Source: Naegleria gruberi
Taxonomy: Eukaryota
NCBI GenBank assembly: GCA_000004985.1
Contig: GG738855.1
Length of the DNA: 64,000 bases
Reading direction: 5' to 3' (one strand)
Positions 30,486-41,560 of this stretch are shown here, piece after piece. The first letter of the stretch is position 1. Every line of letters starts with the position of its first letter. The translations under genes and the position numbers were made by a program. A model generated the notes under the pieces. It saw only the letters and a list, made by a program, of their open reading frames with translations, had not been told where the DNA came from and did not search any database.

Positions 30486-30558
30486 GCTGGCGTAGCTCAG
30501 TCGGTAGAGCGTTGGTCTAATAAGCCATTGGTCGCCGGTTCGATCCCGTCCGTCAGCA
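30486..30558 (+). tRNA. tRNA-Ile (anticodon AAT)
   Basis: GCTGGCG-TA-GCTC-AGTCGGTA-GAGC-G-TTGGT-CTAATAA-GCCAT-TGGTC-GCCGG-TTCGATC-CCGTC-CGTCAGC-A. 7-bp acceptor stem with one G-U. Anticodon loop CTAATAA as in eukaryotic tRNA-Ile(AAU). T-loop TTCGATC. By my folding, one mismatch each in the anticodon stem (T27-T43) and the T stem (C50-T64). Confidence 0.85.
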
Positions 30559-30741
30559 TTCCTTTTTAATGGACATTTTCCTAAGCATCAAGGAGCACTT
30601 CCTCTTACTACGAAATATTGATTCTCTTATTCCAATAGCGAAATGCGCATTCGGACACCACTTCGAGCAAATGTCTTCAAGTAAAAAAGCTCGGCAAATC
30701 ATTTTCACTTTCTTTTTAAAAAATATTATCATCATCAACAA

Positions 30742-31929
30742 ATGAATAGACAGGCACAAATTGCCCACCACAATAGTGGTCTTGATGTGATTACCATGTT
30801 GACCAACTTGAATTTAAAGCCTAGTACTGAATCTATAATAATTTATTTATCTGCTGTTCTTTTTTCTGTGATTGGAACCTTGTTGATCCCTGGCAAGTGG
30901 GTTCCGGGAGCTCCACTCAAGGATAATTCTAGAGTTTATTATAAAACCAATGGATTGTTGGTTGTTCTTGTTGGAAGTTTAATTTATGGAGCATTGTGTT
31001 ATACTAATTTCCAATTTGCTGGTCAAGCTATCTACACTTTGATCTGTAATAGTTTTGGTGAATTATTGACAGTCAGTTTGGTATTCAGTATCTTGTTGAC
31101 TACTTTATTATATTTGAGAGGTTTATTTATTATTCCAGAGAAGGAAAGAAACTTCCTTTATCCAAAGTGGAACATTCCAATGAATTTTTGGTGTGGTGTT
31201 GAATTGAATCCACACTTTTTCGGATTTGAAATTAAGGAATTCTCATATAGACCTGCATTCTTGATGATGTCAGTTTTAAATTTGAGTTATGCTTTTGAAC
31301 AATATCGTCTTTATGGAGCTCTTTCAACAAATTTAGTGACATTCCAAGCTATTAGTTTCTTCTATACCATTGATGCTTTTGTCTTTGAATATGGACTTAT
31401 TTATATGTTTGATATTATTGAAGAAAACTTTGGTTTCATGTTGGTATTTGGTGATTATTTGTGGATGCCTTTTGTTTTCACTCTCCAAAACTTGTACCTT
31501 GTCAATGATTTCAATGTTAACCACACTCAAACATTTGTCAATATTGCCATCTTTATCGTTGGTTATATCATTTTCAGAGGTGCCAACAATCAAAAGTTTG
31601 TCTATCGTCAAGATCCAAAACAAGTTTGGTTGGGACTTATTGAACCAAAGACATTGGAAACTGCTAGAGATAGAAAATTATTAATTTCAGGATTCTGGGG
31701 AGTTGCCAGAAAGATCAATTATTTGGGTGATATTCTCATTGCTATTGCTCAAAGTTTACCATGTCTTCAATGTGGTTACTTATTACCATGGTTGTATCCA
31801 ATTTACTTGACTGCTCTTCTCTTCCACAGAGCTATGAGAGACAATGAAAGATGTAAGGAAAAGTATGGTAAATTCTGGGACGAATATTGCAAGAAGGTTA
31901 AATGGGTTATGATTCCAGGTGTTTATTAA
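30742..31929 (+). CDS. Sterol reductase of the ERG4/ERG24/DHCR7/TM7SF2 family, 395 aa
   Basis: Polytopic membrane protein. Family signatures LLISGFWGVARKINYLGDIL and the C-terminal LLFHRAMRDNERCKEKYGKFWDEYCKKVKWVMIPGVY. Confidence 0.85.
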   Translation: MNRQAQIAHHNSGLDVITMLTNLNLKPSTESIIIYLSAVLFSVIGTLLIPGKWVPGAPLKDNSRVYYKTNGLLVVLVGSLIYGALCYTNFQFAGQAIYTLICNSFGELLTVSLVFSILLTTLLYLRGLFIIPEKERNFLYPKWNIPMNFWCGVELNPHFFGFEIKEFSYRPAFLMMSVLNLSYAFEQYRLYGALSTNLVTFQAISFFYTIDAFVFEYGLIYMFDIIEENFGFMLVFGDYLWMPFVFTLQNLYLVNDFNVNHTQTFVNIAIFIVGYIIFRGANNQKFVYRQDPKQVWLGLIEPKTLETARDRKLLISGFWGVARKINYLGDILIAIAQSLPCLQCGYLLPWLYPIYLTALLFHRAMRDNERCKEKYGKFWDEYCKKVKWVMIPGVY

Positions 31930-32060
31930 ACAAATTATAATTTTTCTTAGCATTACATTTTGACAACTCAACAATTTTCATCTTGGCACGTTTCTTTTAA
32001 GCCACGACAAACAACTGATGAAGACAATTTTAATACGAAAAAATATTTTAAAAATAAAAA

Positions 32061-33093
32061 ATGTCCTTCAGAATTGCCTTGAGAAGTTTGACTTCACCTT
32101 TCGTTAAGACTTCAAAGACTACATCTTTGGTTGCTAATCAAACTAGTAAAATGTTCTATGTAGGTGTTCTCACTTATATATTTTTGTTTAGAATTATTTT
32201 TAATCCGATAATTTATTCCGGAATATCATCTTGTGGATTTGTATGATTAAATGATGATAACATGATGACTATACAATGATGAACAAATTGTTATTATTAT
32301 TAATTGTTTTTATTGTTGGAAATGTTAGCATCAATCAATGATGATGAATAACCAAGCAGCCAAGAAGGAAGAAAAGAAAAAGACTGCAGCTGTTATTTTG
32401 AGCGGATGTGGATTTATGGATGGAAGTGATGTTGTTGAATCTGTTAGTGTTATTGTTGAATTGACAAGAAAAGGAATTGTTCCAAGATTCTTCTCACCAC
32501 ACGAAGAAATTGATGAATCATACAATTATATTACAAAACAAATTGATTCAAGCGAAGAAAGATATATGCATAAGGAAAGTGCTCGTATTGCACGTGAAAA
32601 GATTTTGAGCATTGACCAACTTCGTGCTGATCAATTTGACATGTTAGTTATTCCAGGTGGTAATGGAGTTGTTCGTAATTTGTCTAATTTTGAACAAGAA
32701 GAATATAATGTTAATGAAGTTGAAGTTAATTCACATGTTGAAAAGGCCATTGTTGACTTTTTCAAACAAAAGAAACCAATTGGCTTTATGTCAAACTCTG
32801 TTATTTTAGGTGCTAAGGCTTTGGGTAAAGTTTCAGGAAAGACTGGAAATGGTATTGCTGTTGCTTTGGGTAAGACTTTGGATCGAGTTTTTGTTGAAAC
32901 TCTCATGACAAAGTTTGGTAATGAACTCTCTCAAGAAAGTGGTGATGCTGAAGTTGTTTGTACTGATTCTTCACATCGTATTGCTAGCGTTGCCAGTGTT
33001 TCTGCTGCTGGTACTGTTCAACCAAATGAAATTCATGCTGCTGCTAAGAATTTAATTGAAGAATTGATTGATTTGACCAAGAGGGAAGAATAA
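32061..33093 (+). CDS. GATD3: ES1/GATD3 (DJ-1/PfpI-class glutamine amidotransferase-like) protein with an N-terminal mitochondrial targeting peptide on a separate exon. Two exons: 32061..32159 and 32329..33093; intron 32160..32328
   Basis: Exon 1 MSFRIALRSLTSPFVKTSKTTSLVANQTSKMFY is an amphipathic R/S/T-rich presequence with no acidic residues, ending at TAT|GTAGGT. The acceptor GTTAG|CAT is in frame with HQSMMMNN.... The body matches human ES1 closely: AAVILSGCGFMDGSD, ESARIAREKI, LVIPGGNGVVRNLSNF, KPIGFMSNSVIL. Confidence 0.8.
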
Positions 33094-33295
33094 TCATTAA
33101 AAATCTTTTGTACAAATATATCAACAACCAAACATTTAACACATAACAATAAGGGCAAATAAAGTTCAATTTGAGGGTGTTCAACTTGAAGATGCCGATG
33201 ATATCATTTGAATTTGTTTCATTTTCAAAATTGATGTTCAACGCTCAGATCATTACAATTAATTGAAAAATAGCCTAAAAACACAAAAGAAAAAA

Positions 33296-34420
33296 ATGCT
33301 CTCAACCACCTCTCAGATTGACAAAGATAATGATAGTGGTGATGAATCGGAAGGCTCCTCCGAATTATTTAAAGGCTACATTAAAATTGATTCATCTAAC
33401 AAACATTGGGATATGGATCAAAAGCAAACTAAACTATTCAAGAAGGTCAAATGGGTCGCCACAGAAAAGGTTCATGGAGCTAATTTCTGCTTTTTTATGA
33501 ATGAAGATTTGGGTGGAAATATTCATATTGAATGTGCAAAGAGGAAATCAATTTTAAGTGAAAATGATCAATTCTTTTATTTTCAAAAATTGAAAGAGAG
33601 ATTAACAAGTAAATTGGAAAATATATTCAGAATGGTCAAGACAAATTATCCAGATCTGATTCATGTTTATTTATTTGGTGAAATATTTGGTGGATTTTAT
33701 CCAAATATGCCAAAACTAGAAGGAATTGAACAACCAGTTCAAACAGGTATATGGTATACAAATGATATTGAATTTTATGCATTTGATATTGCAATTCAAA
33801 AGAGTGATTTGATTCAAATTTATTTAGATTACGAAGTAACATTGGAAATATTCTCAAAAAGTCAACTTTTATATGCAGAACCTTTATTAATTGCAAGTTA
33901 TGAAGAATGTATGGATATGGATGTTAAATTTGACTCGAAACTTCCTAAAAAATTAGGAATGCCATCACTTAATGAATCAAATTATGCTGAAGGTGTTGTG
34001 ATAAAACCAATGAAAGAAATTAACATTTCTAAAAAAGGAAAATTAGAACGAGCAATAATCAAGAGGAAAATTCAAGAATTTTCAGAAAAGAAATATGAAC
34101 AAGCTGTTAAATGGTCAACTCCAACCTCCAATTCATCATCAAATTCCATTGATGAATTAGAAGTTATCAAATATGAAGCATTGGCTTGCATTACAGAAAA
34201 TCGATTGAATAATGCAATTTCTAAAATTGGAAATATCGACACCAAAAACAAAGTACAAATGAATCAACTACTCCAGGCCTATATTCAAGATGTATTTGAT
34301 GAATTGAATGAATCAGGATTTCAAATATCCTCTTCACAAAAATCACAACTTGAAGAAGTAATTACTTTGGAATCAAAAAAGATTATTTTCCAATATTTTA
34401 AAAAACTTCAATCCAAGTAA
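33296..34420 (+). CDS. ATP-dependent RNA ligase of the Rnl2 family (T4 Rnl2 / kinetoplastid REL-like), about 375 aa
   Basis: Nucleotidyltransferase motif I ATEKVHGAN (KxHGxN, lysine adenylylation site, Rnl2-type), motif III YLFGEIFGG, motif IV EGVVIKP, motif V AIIKRK. The track ORF starts at a non-ATG codon at 33263; the first ATG is 33296. Confidence 0.7.
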   Translation: MLSTTSQIDKDNDSGDESEGSSELFKGYIKIDSSNKHWDMDQKQTKLFKKVKWVATEKVHGANFCFFMNEDLGGNIHIECAKRKSILSENDQFFYFQKLKERLTSKLENIFRMVKTNYPDLIHVYLFGEIFGGFYPNMPKLEGIEQPVQTGIWYTNDIEFYAFDIAIQKSDLIQIYLDYEVTLEIFSKSQLLYAEPLLIASYEECMDMDVKFDSKLPKKLGMPSLNESNYAEGVVIKPMKEINISKKGKLERAIIKRKIQEFSEKKYEQAVKWSTPTSNSSSNSIDELEVIKYEALACITENRLNNAISKIGNIDTKNKVQMNQLLQAYIQDVFDELNESGFQISSSQKSQLEEVITLESKKIIFQYFKKLQSK

Positions 34421-34510
34421 ATGTACATTATTCAATTCGTTCAACAATACCCTGAATGAAAATTGATTAGAAATTTGGTTTACATTTTTTTTGTAAAATC
34501 TTTAAAAAAA

Positions 34511-35707
34511 ATGGAACAACACGATGATGAAGATGCAAAGATTCGTATTGGGGAAAATAATATGTTAAATCCCTTCTCAATTCTTCCACAAGATTTATTC
34601 TATGAAATTTTACCATTTTTATCTCCGATAGAGGTTTTGCTAACTTTTCGATTAATTTTTAAAAATCATCAATTTATTTCCAAACATTTATTCGAATATT
34701 ATAATGAAAAAACAAGATTATTGGATAGGCTGAAAATATCGGATCATATTAAACAGGAGAATAAGAATTTGTTGGAGTGTTTTGATGAATTTCTAAATTT
34801 GGAAAGCGATAAATATTTGAGGAGAAAATTTATTAAATTTGCATTTAGATATGAAATTTATGAATTTTCTAAAAGAGTTTACAATAGTAGAAAACAGAGC
34901 ACGGATTTAGACTTTTGTAATGAGATGGAATGGATTGAAAATGATATTAAATGTTACAATAATTTATTTCAATATGCGAGAAGAAAATGTAACCAAGAGG
35001 AAGAAGAAATTAACAAAGAAGACAATAATTATATTATTAATACCGAACAAAAGAAATCTGATGGATTATTTTCAAGTATTTTAAAGTTTTTTACTAATTT
35101 TGGAATTACACCTCCTGAAACCGAACCCACAAGTAGTACTCACAAACCTACTTGTGAATCGTCAAAATATGGAAATAACGATTACATAGTGAAAGTATTA
35201 CTAGAAGGATTTTCTGGCAGTTCAAAACACAAATTCCGTAATTATATTATTCAAAATTCTTCAAAGTTTGAAGATTATAGACATTTTGAGGATTTCTCTA
35301 CGAAAACTTATTATTTTGGAAATCTCCAGTCTAAGCTACAGTTGTGGAATATTTCAGTGTATAAATTTAATAGCCTCATTTCAGCATATTATAGAGGTAG
35401 TTTTCTAGTAGTGCTCATTGTTGATCCATTTGATGATCGGGAATTGGAGGGATTAAGTGAAAAGAAAAAATTAATTCTTGAAAATATTTCAAAAGAAGCA
35501 CAAATAGTTCTTGTAACAAAGAAAGAATGGGAAAATGGAAATAAGAGACTTCTTTCGAATGATAATGCTGATTTCATGGCATTTGATGAATTTAATAGTT
35601 TTCATATTGATATTTCAGACCCTTATGATATTGATAGCCCTCAATGTATTGTGCTTTATGCAATGTTATTGAAATATATCATTGCATACCAATTTGAAAC
35701 TAAATGA
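34511..35707 (+). CDS. F-box-like N-terminus fused to a degenerate Ras/Rab-like (pseudo-GTPase) domain, about 398 aa
   Basis: LPQDLFYEILPFLSPIEVLLTFRLIFKNHQF is F-box-like. C-terminal Ras fold with decayed motifs: P-loop VKVLLEGFSGSSKHK, switch II LWNISVYKF, VLIVDPFD, NKxD position LVTKKEW. First ATG at 34511 (MEQHDDED). Confidence 0.6.
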   Translation: MEQHDDEDAKIRIGENNMLNPFSILPQDLFYEILPFLSPIEVLLTFRLIFKNHQFISKHLFEYYNEKTRLLDRLKISDHIKQENKNLLECFDEFLNLESDKYLRRKFIKFAFRYEIYEFSKRVYNSRKQSTDLDFCNEMEWIENDIKCYNNLFQYARRKCNQEEEEINKEDNNYIINTEQKKSDGLFSSILKFFTNFGITPPETEPTSSTHKPTCESSKYGNNDYIVKVLLEGFSGSSKHKFRNYIIQNSSKFEDYRHFEDFSTKTYYFGNLQSKLQLWNISVYKFNSLISAYYRGSFLVVLIVDPFDDRELEGLSEKKKLILENISKEAQIVLVTKKEWENGNKRLLSNDNADFMAFDEFNSFHIDISDPYDIDSPQCIVLYAMLLKYIIAYQFETK

Positions 35708-35752
35708 ATTAAAGATCGATTTATTTTTACAAATTATTTACATCGCCGATAA

Positions 35753-38474
35753 CTAATTGAGAGCAAAACCTCCTCCTAAATGTACCCTAGTTCCTTCTCC
35801 AGGAGTAACTTTGTAAGATGGTTCTCCGGCCATTTCCTCACCTCCTAAAGTTTGTGATTGAGATCGTTCCTTTTCCAAGTAGAAATCCTTCTTTGTTTGT
35901 AAGAATTTCTTCTTGGTATCTTTGAGTTCTCTGTTAAGTCTTTCCTTTTCATACTCTTGTTGTTTATCCTTGTATTGTAAAAAGTTAAGTTCAGAAGCAA
36001 GAGATTGAATTTGAGAATTCTTCTTTCTCAAAGTCTCTTGATAAATATTAAGCTGTTCTGCAACTTCTGGACCTGGTTGTCTTGAAAGGATAGCCTTGAG
36101 CTTTTTGTTCATTTCCTCCTTTTCTTGAACAATTAAATCCTTTTCCATAACTTCCTCAGTTTTGGCAATCAATCTCTTTTGGAGCGTTTGGGTTTTAAGA
36201 ACAAGTTCATATTGTGTAGGATCGCTTCCTTCTAACTTTCTCCATCTGTGAACGTTCATTGGATTTTGAAGTTCTTCTGAGAGAGCTTTGACCTTGTTTC
36301 TTTCTTCGAGTAATTGTTTCTTCAACTCATGATTCTCTCTTTGGAATTCCTTAATCTTGTAAATGTGCTTCTTCAAGACTTGTAATTGTCTTGTGAGATC
36401 TTTGATTTTCAGTTTGAGAATCTTGATGTCACCCAACCGTTCTCTATATTGAATAGCTCCCTTGTCTAGTGTACTGTTTTGAAGTTGAATCTTTTCATAG
36501 AGGAGTGCAATTTCGTCGTTTCTTCTAATCAACTGAGTACCTAGAACATCTCTTTCACTAACAACAGCATCATAGTCCTTTTGTTGTTTTCTTCTTTCAT
36601 TATCAGCTTGCTTAATGATTTGAGTGAGCCTATAGTTTTCAGACTCGTGAGATTTGATGATTCTTTCCTGTTCCTTTTGCTTTTCTTCCAACAATTTAAT
36701 TTCTTCCTTCATCTTTTCCTTCTTCTTCAGGATTTGTTTAGCATTGTATGTTTCATCAACGAGAGCCTTTTCTCTACTGGTAATTTCATCCTTAAGTTGA
36801 GTAATTTGTTGTTCCATAATCTTGAACTGTTTCTTCATTTCTTCTGCCTCTTCGTGAGCCGCAATAAGAGCCTTACTCTTAGTGTTTCTTTCGCTTCTCA
36901 CTGATTCATATAGAGATTGTTGAGTCTTCAATTTTTCTTGAAGTTCAATAATCTTCTTTTGAAGCTCATTCAATTCAACAGTCTTGATTCTTACTTCTTC
37001 CAGAGCTTGTCTGTATTTCAGGTCAGAATCTGAAGCCTCCGAAGCATATCTTTCTCTTTCCTTCTCCAGTGTGTAGGTAAGTTGTCTGTACTTTTCTGTT
37101 TGCTTCCTTTCAGCAACAATTTCAGCTTTCAATACCTTTGAATTTCCTTCCAGAATTTTAATGTTATCCTGTTTCTTAGTCTTTTCCTTTTTCATGAGAA
37201 CCAAACTCTTACTGAGGTAATTTCTTTCTGCTTTGATTTTTTCTCCAGCTTCCAATTGTTGATCTTTTTGATTATTTAATTCCTCTATGACCTTGTTCAA
37301 ATGGATAATTTCTTGATTGAGAGATTCTTTAGATCTTTCAATTTCTTCCTTTTCATTTTCAACAATCTTCTTCTTTTGTTGGAGAGTTTGATAGCTTTGA
37401 TGCCATTGATTCTTTTCATCAATAACTTCTTTAACTTTTGTTTCCAACAACTTCTTTTCGAAATTCAATGTTTGATCGTTAGCCTTCAACCTAGAAACTT
37501 CAGCAATTAGTCCAACTCTTTCCTTTTCATCTGTATCAATGGTAGACTTGTATTGCTCTATTCTCTTTTGGAGAGAATTAATAGTTTGTTCCATATCCTT
37601 GATAACCTTTTCCGAATCTGTCACTCTTGTTTGTTCCTTCTTAATATTCTCATCTTTCTTTAAGAGTTCTTGAGCTTTAGCTGTGAGAAGTTGTTTCGAT
37701 TCTTTAAGTTCCTTTTCTGATTTTTCCTTTTGCTTGATTGTTTGATCTAACTTGTTCTTTGTTTCGTTGAGCTGTTCATTGATACTTTCAATAACAGTTA
37801 GCAATTTCTTCTTTTCTTGATTTACATCATTGATCTGTAAGAATAGTAGGTTATTAGAATTAATACTAGTACAATTTTTTGAAACTAACCTGAATTTGCA
37901 TATTCGATAATTCATTGTTAAGGGAAATTACTTGAGCATTTTTCATTTCCTTTTCTCTGGCAAGCTCCTTTTTTACCTTTTCCAACTCTGGTGCAGAGGC
38001 ATCTTGAACTGTATTACCGGTTCCTTGATTTGCAATTTTTGTCAGCTCCGAAATTTCTTTGGTAAGTTTTTGAACAGTTTCCTTAGCTTTGGCTTCTTTT
38101 TCATGTGATGCGTTTACTAGTTTCCATGCTTTATCAATTTCCTTTTTTAAAATTGCGATGGTGTTTTGGTCTTCCTTAGATAAATTAATTGCTGTTTGTA
38201 CCTTGATGGCATTTGCTACTATTTGTTGAGTAAGTTCCTCACATCTCTTCATAAGTCTCTTCTCATTTTCGTGACATCTCAATAAATTACGATGTAATTT
38301 TTCATATTCAATCCTAAAATTTTCCAAATGATCTTTTCCAGCCAATTCCATCAAAACTTCTTGAAAATCTCTTTCAAGTGTTTCAAAGGCTGTTTTGGTC
38401 AAACTAAGGACCATCTTTTCTTGATCATTCTCCTTTCCATCTCCTTGTTGGTTGGTCGAACCATCTGATGACAT
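35753..38474 (-). CDS. Long coiled-coil protein, about 915 aa. Two exons: 37890..38474 and 35753..37834; intron 37835..37889
   Basis: Heptad-rich E/K/Q/L sequence throughout. Donor CAG|GTTAGT and acceptor CTTACAG|ATC join ...NMQIQ|INDVNQEKKK in frame. Confidence 0.75.
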
Positions 38475-38791
38475 TTTTTAAAACTATTTTAAAGTAGTTT
38501 TTGGCGCGAAAAATTACAGTTTTATCTGTTGGAGCTTCTACAACACTCAAGAAGAAGAATAACAACCAACACGAATAATACCACGATATGTAATTTTAAT
38601 AAGTCAGCCATGACATAATTTCATCATCAGCAAACATTTAATAATAATCAAGCCTCCACAAGAAACTGAATATAAAACCGTAGTGATAAAGAACAATAAC
38701 TTGAGTTACAAAGATACATGTTATGAATCAATACACCCAAAACACCAAATACTATTAATAAATTAATTGTACATTGTTAGGCGGCAAAAAA

Positions 38792-41553
38792 ATGAGTAAA
38801 TCAGAAGGCTCTGACACAATCCAAGTCTATTGTCGTATTAGACCAGTGAGTGAGAGTCATTGCCAATATTCAATAGAACAAACATTTGATAATGCAGTAC
38901 TACATTTTAAAAAACCAAGATCGGATGAAGCAGGATATATTAATAATACAATTGAAAATTATGAATATAAATACACCGGAATATTTGATCAACAAGTGGA
39001 TCAAGATGAAATATTTGATAGATGTGCTAAGAAATGTGTTCTTAGTGCTTTAGAAGGATATAACTCAACAATTTTTGCTTATGGTCAGTCTGGAAGTGGT
39101 AAAACTTATACAATGACTGGTGGAGATGGAAGCTATGAAAAAAGAGGTATCATTCCTAGAGCTATTTCACTTCTTTTTGAGGAATCGTCGAATGAAGGAA
39201 AACGAGATCGAGAATATACATTTTCAGTTTCATATATGGAAATTTATAAAGGATTTGGATATGATTTATTGAATGATAAAAGAGATTTAATGGATATTAA
39301 GGAATTACCGTAAGTTTAAAATGATGAGGAAATATATTAAAGAAATAATTTAGGAAAGTATCGGCTAGAATTGATACAAACGGAGCTGTTGTTTTCAAAA
39401 ATATTCAAACCTTTCCAACTAAAACAGAAGAGGATGCTTTGGATAAATTATTTATTGGTGATAAAAACAGAGTGTTGAGGTAAGAGATTTAATTTTAGTT
39501 TTGAATTTATTCATTCATTTTCAGTGAAACTATGCTCAATGAGTCCTCTACTCGTTCTCACTGTATATTTACTGTTAATATTGAATCAAAGGAACCTGGA
39601 TCATCAGTTGTAAAATCCTCAAAACTTCACATGGTAGATTTGGCCGGTAGCGAACGGCCTAGTAAGACAAATTCAACAGGCAAAACTCTGGAAGAAGCCA
39701 AGAGTATCAACTTGTCTCTGTATTTTTTGGAACGTTTTATTATGAGTATCAGTGAAGGTAATGACCACATTCCTTGGAGAGATTCATTAATCACCACTGT
39801 CCTTAAAGATAGTATTGGTGGTAATTGTAAAACTATTATGATTTCGACGATTAATCCTTCATATAGACACTTGTCGGAATCTGTTTCAACATGTAAATTT
39901 TCAATGAGAGTAGCTAGCATTAAACAAAATGCTGTCATTAACGAGAAAGTCGATCCATATGTTCAAATTAGAAAACTGAAAAAGAAAGTTGAGGAATTGG
40001 AGGAAGAACTGAAATATTATAGAGGTGAAGGGCAGAAAAGAGAAGCACTGGATGGAAACGAAAAAGCAATTATTAAGGAGAGAGTGGATGAATTTTTGGA
40101 TGATTTGGATAGAGACAGTTCTCTGAATTTGGGAGGAGACCATTTGAGAATTAGGGAGGCCTTCTTGGTTTTAAAATCCTATGTTTTGGATCTCAGGAAA
40201 AGGCCAAAGGAAGCTACAGCGTCGAAAGAGAAACCAGTACCTCAAAAAACGAAACCTCAGCCAATTCAGCAAGCCCCTCCACAACAACAAGTTGCTCTCT
40301 CAGAAGATATCCAAGAGAAGCTCAAAAACTTATCGGTTGCCATTGAGCTCAGAGATATTGAAATTGATATCCTTGTCTCCATGTTAAATAAGAAACAAAA
40401 GAACATGTCTGAAGTATCGATACAGACAGAAATTAGCCCATCGAGTCAAATTGTTACAACCCTTCCACCACCATCACCCAAGAGATCAATGCTTCATACT
40501 TTCACAAACGGAAATACATCTTCTATGGAATCAATAGCAAGTATGCATAGAAGTGTAGAACGAAAACCTATTCAAGATATTGTGACAAAAGAAGTTATTA
40601 AGGAAAGAATTCGAGAGAAGGAAAAATCCATTCTTTCCCAAACAGGTGATAATGCACCAAAATTCTCCAATGAAAAGATTGCCATCCTAGCCGATGCAAC
40701 TGGAATGAGGAGAAGAGCAGAAGCGTTCGAGTTATTTAGACAAAAATATAGAAATTACAATGTCATTGAAAAGAACAAGGAAGCTTTGGGAGAAAAGATT
40801 GCCTTTGCAAAGGAGATGGCTAGAGATATCAATGATAAGAGATCTGTCATTGAAGTGTTAAAGAACAGACTCATTCAACTAAGAACTGAAAGAGCTGCTC
40901 AAAATCTTGTAAATAAGAATGCTGAAACAGATGAAGAATTCCCAGAAGAAATTGAACTTAAAAAAGAGTTGTTAGCTGAAAAGGATAGACATCAAGATCA
41001 ATGTAATCAACTCAAGGAATTAAAGAAGGAAATTGAACACTTGAAGAGAGTATTGGAAATGAGCAGAGTGAGACTTCAACAAGATTTTGAAAATTGGTAC
41101 AAGACAACTAATCCATACCCAGAAGAAGATTCACCAGAAGAATCCATATCCTCTCAAGTTTCTGCAACAATACGAAGTAATATTTCACAACAGTATAGTA
41201 ATAGCAGTATTCCTGTTTCTACACTCAGTTTTGATTCCTCCTCTTCTCCAATATCTTCAACTCTTTCCACAACTACCTCCTCCTCTTCTAGGCCAACTGT
41301 AAAACAAGCTTGGGGAGTTGATAGTATTTCACCTAAAAACAATGTCAGCTCTAATTTAATGACACTCCGAAACAATAATCAACTACCACCACAGCAACAG
41401 CAACAAGGATTTAGTGAAGACAATCCATTCTTTAAGAAACTGAAAGAACATGTTGAACAGTCCTCAACTCTCTCAAGTGCAGCTGTTAATTCATCTGCCA
41501 ATACTAATTCCTCAAAGAGAGTTTCACTTCTCCAACAAGCTTACAAACTTTAA
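38792..41553 (+). CDS. Kinesin-like motor protein (N-terminal motor, C-terminal coiled coil and S-rich tail). Three exons: 38792..39309, 39352..39479, 39525..41553
   Basis: Motor motifs IQVYCRIRP, P-loop GQSGSGKTYTM, SSRSH (exon 3), LAGSER, HIPWRDSLITTVLKDSIGGN. Introns 39310..39351 (GTAAGT..TTTAG) and 39480..39524 (GTAAGA..TTTTCAG). A small 128-nt middle exon encodes ...NGAVVFKNIQTFP.... Confidence 0.85.
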
Positions 41554-41560
41554 ATAAAAA

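Noticed and set aside
39627-40143. Two minus-strand ORFs (80-103 aa) inside the kinesin gene
   Set aside because: Antisense to a well-supported kinesin exon. They lack ATG starts and domains.
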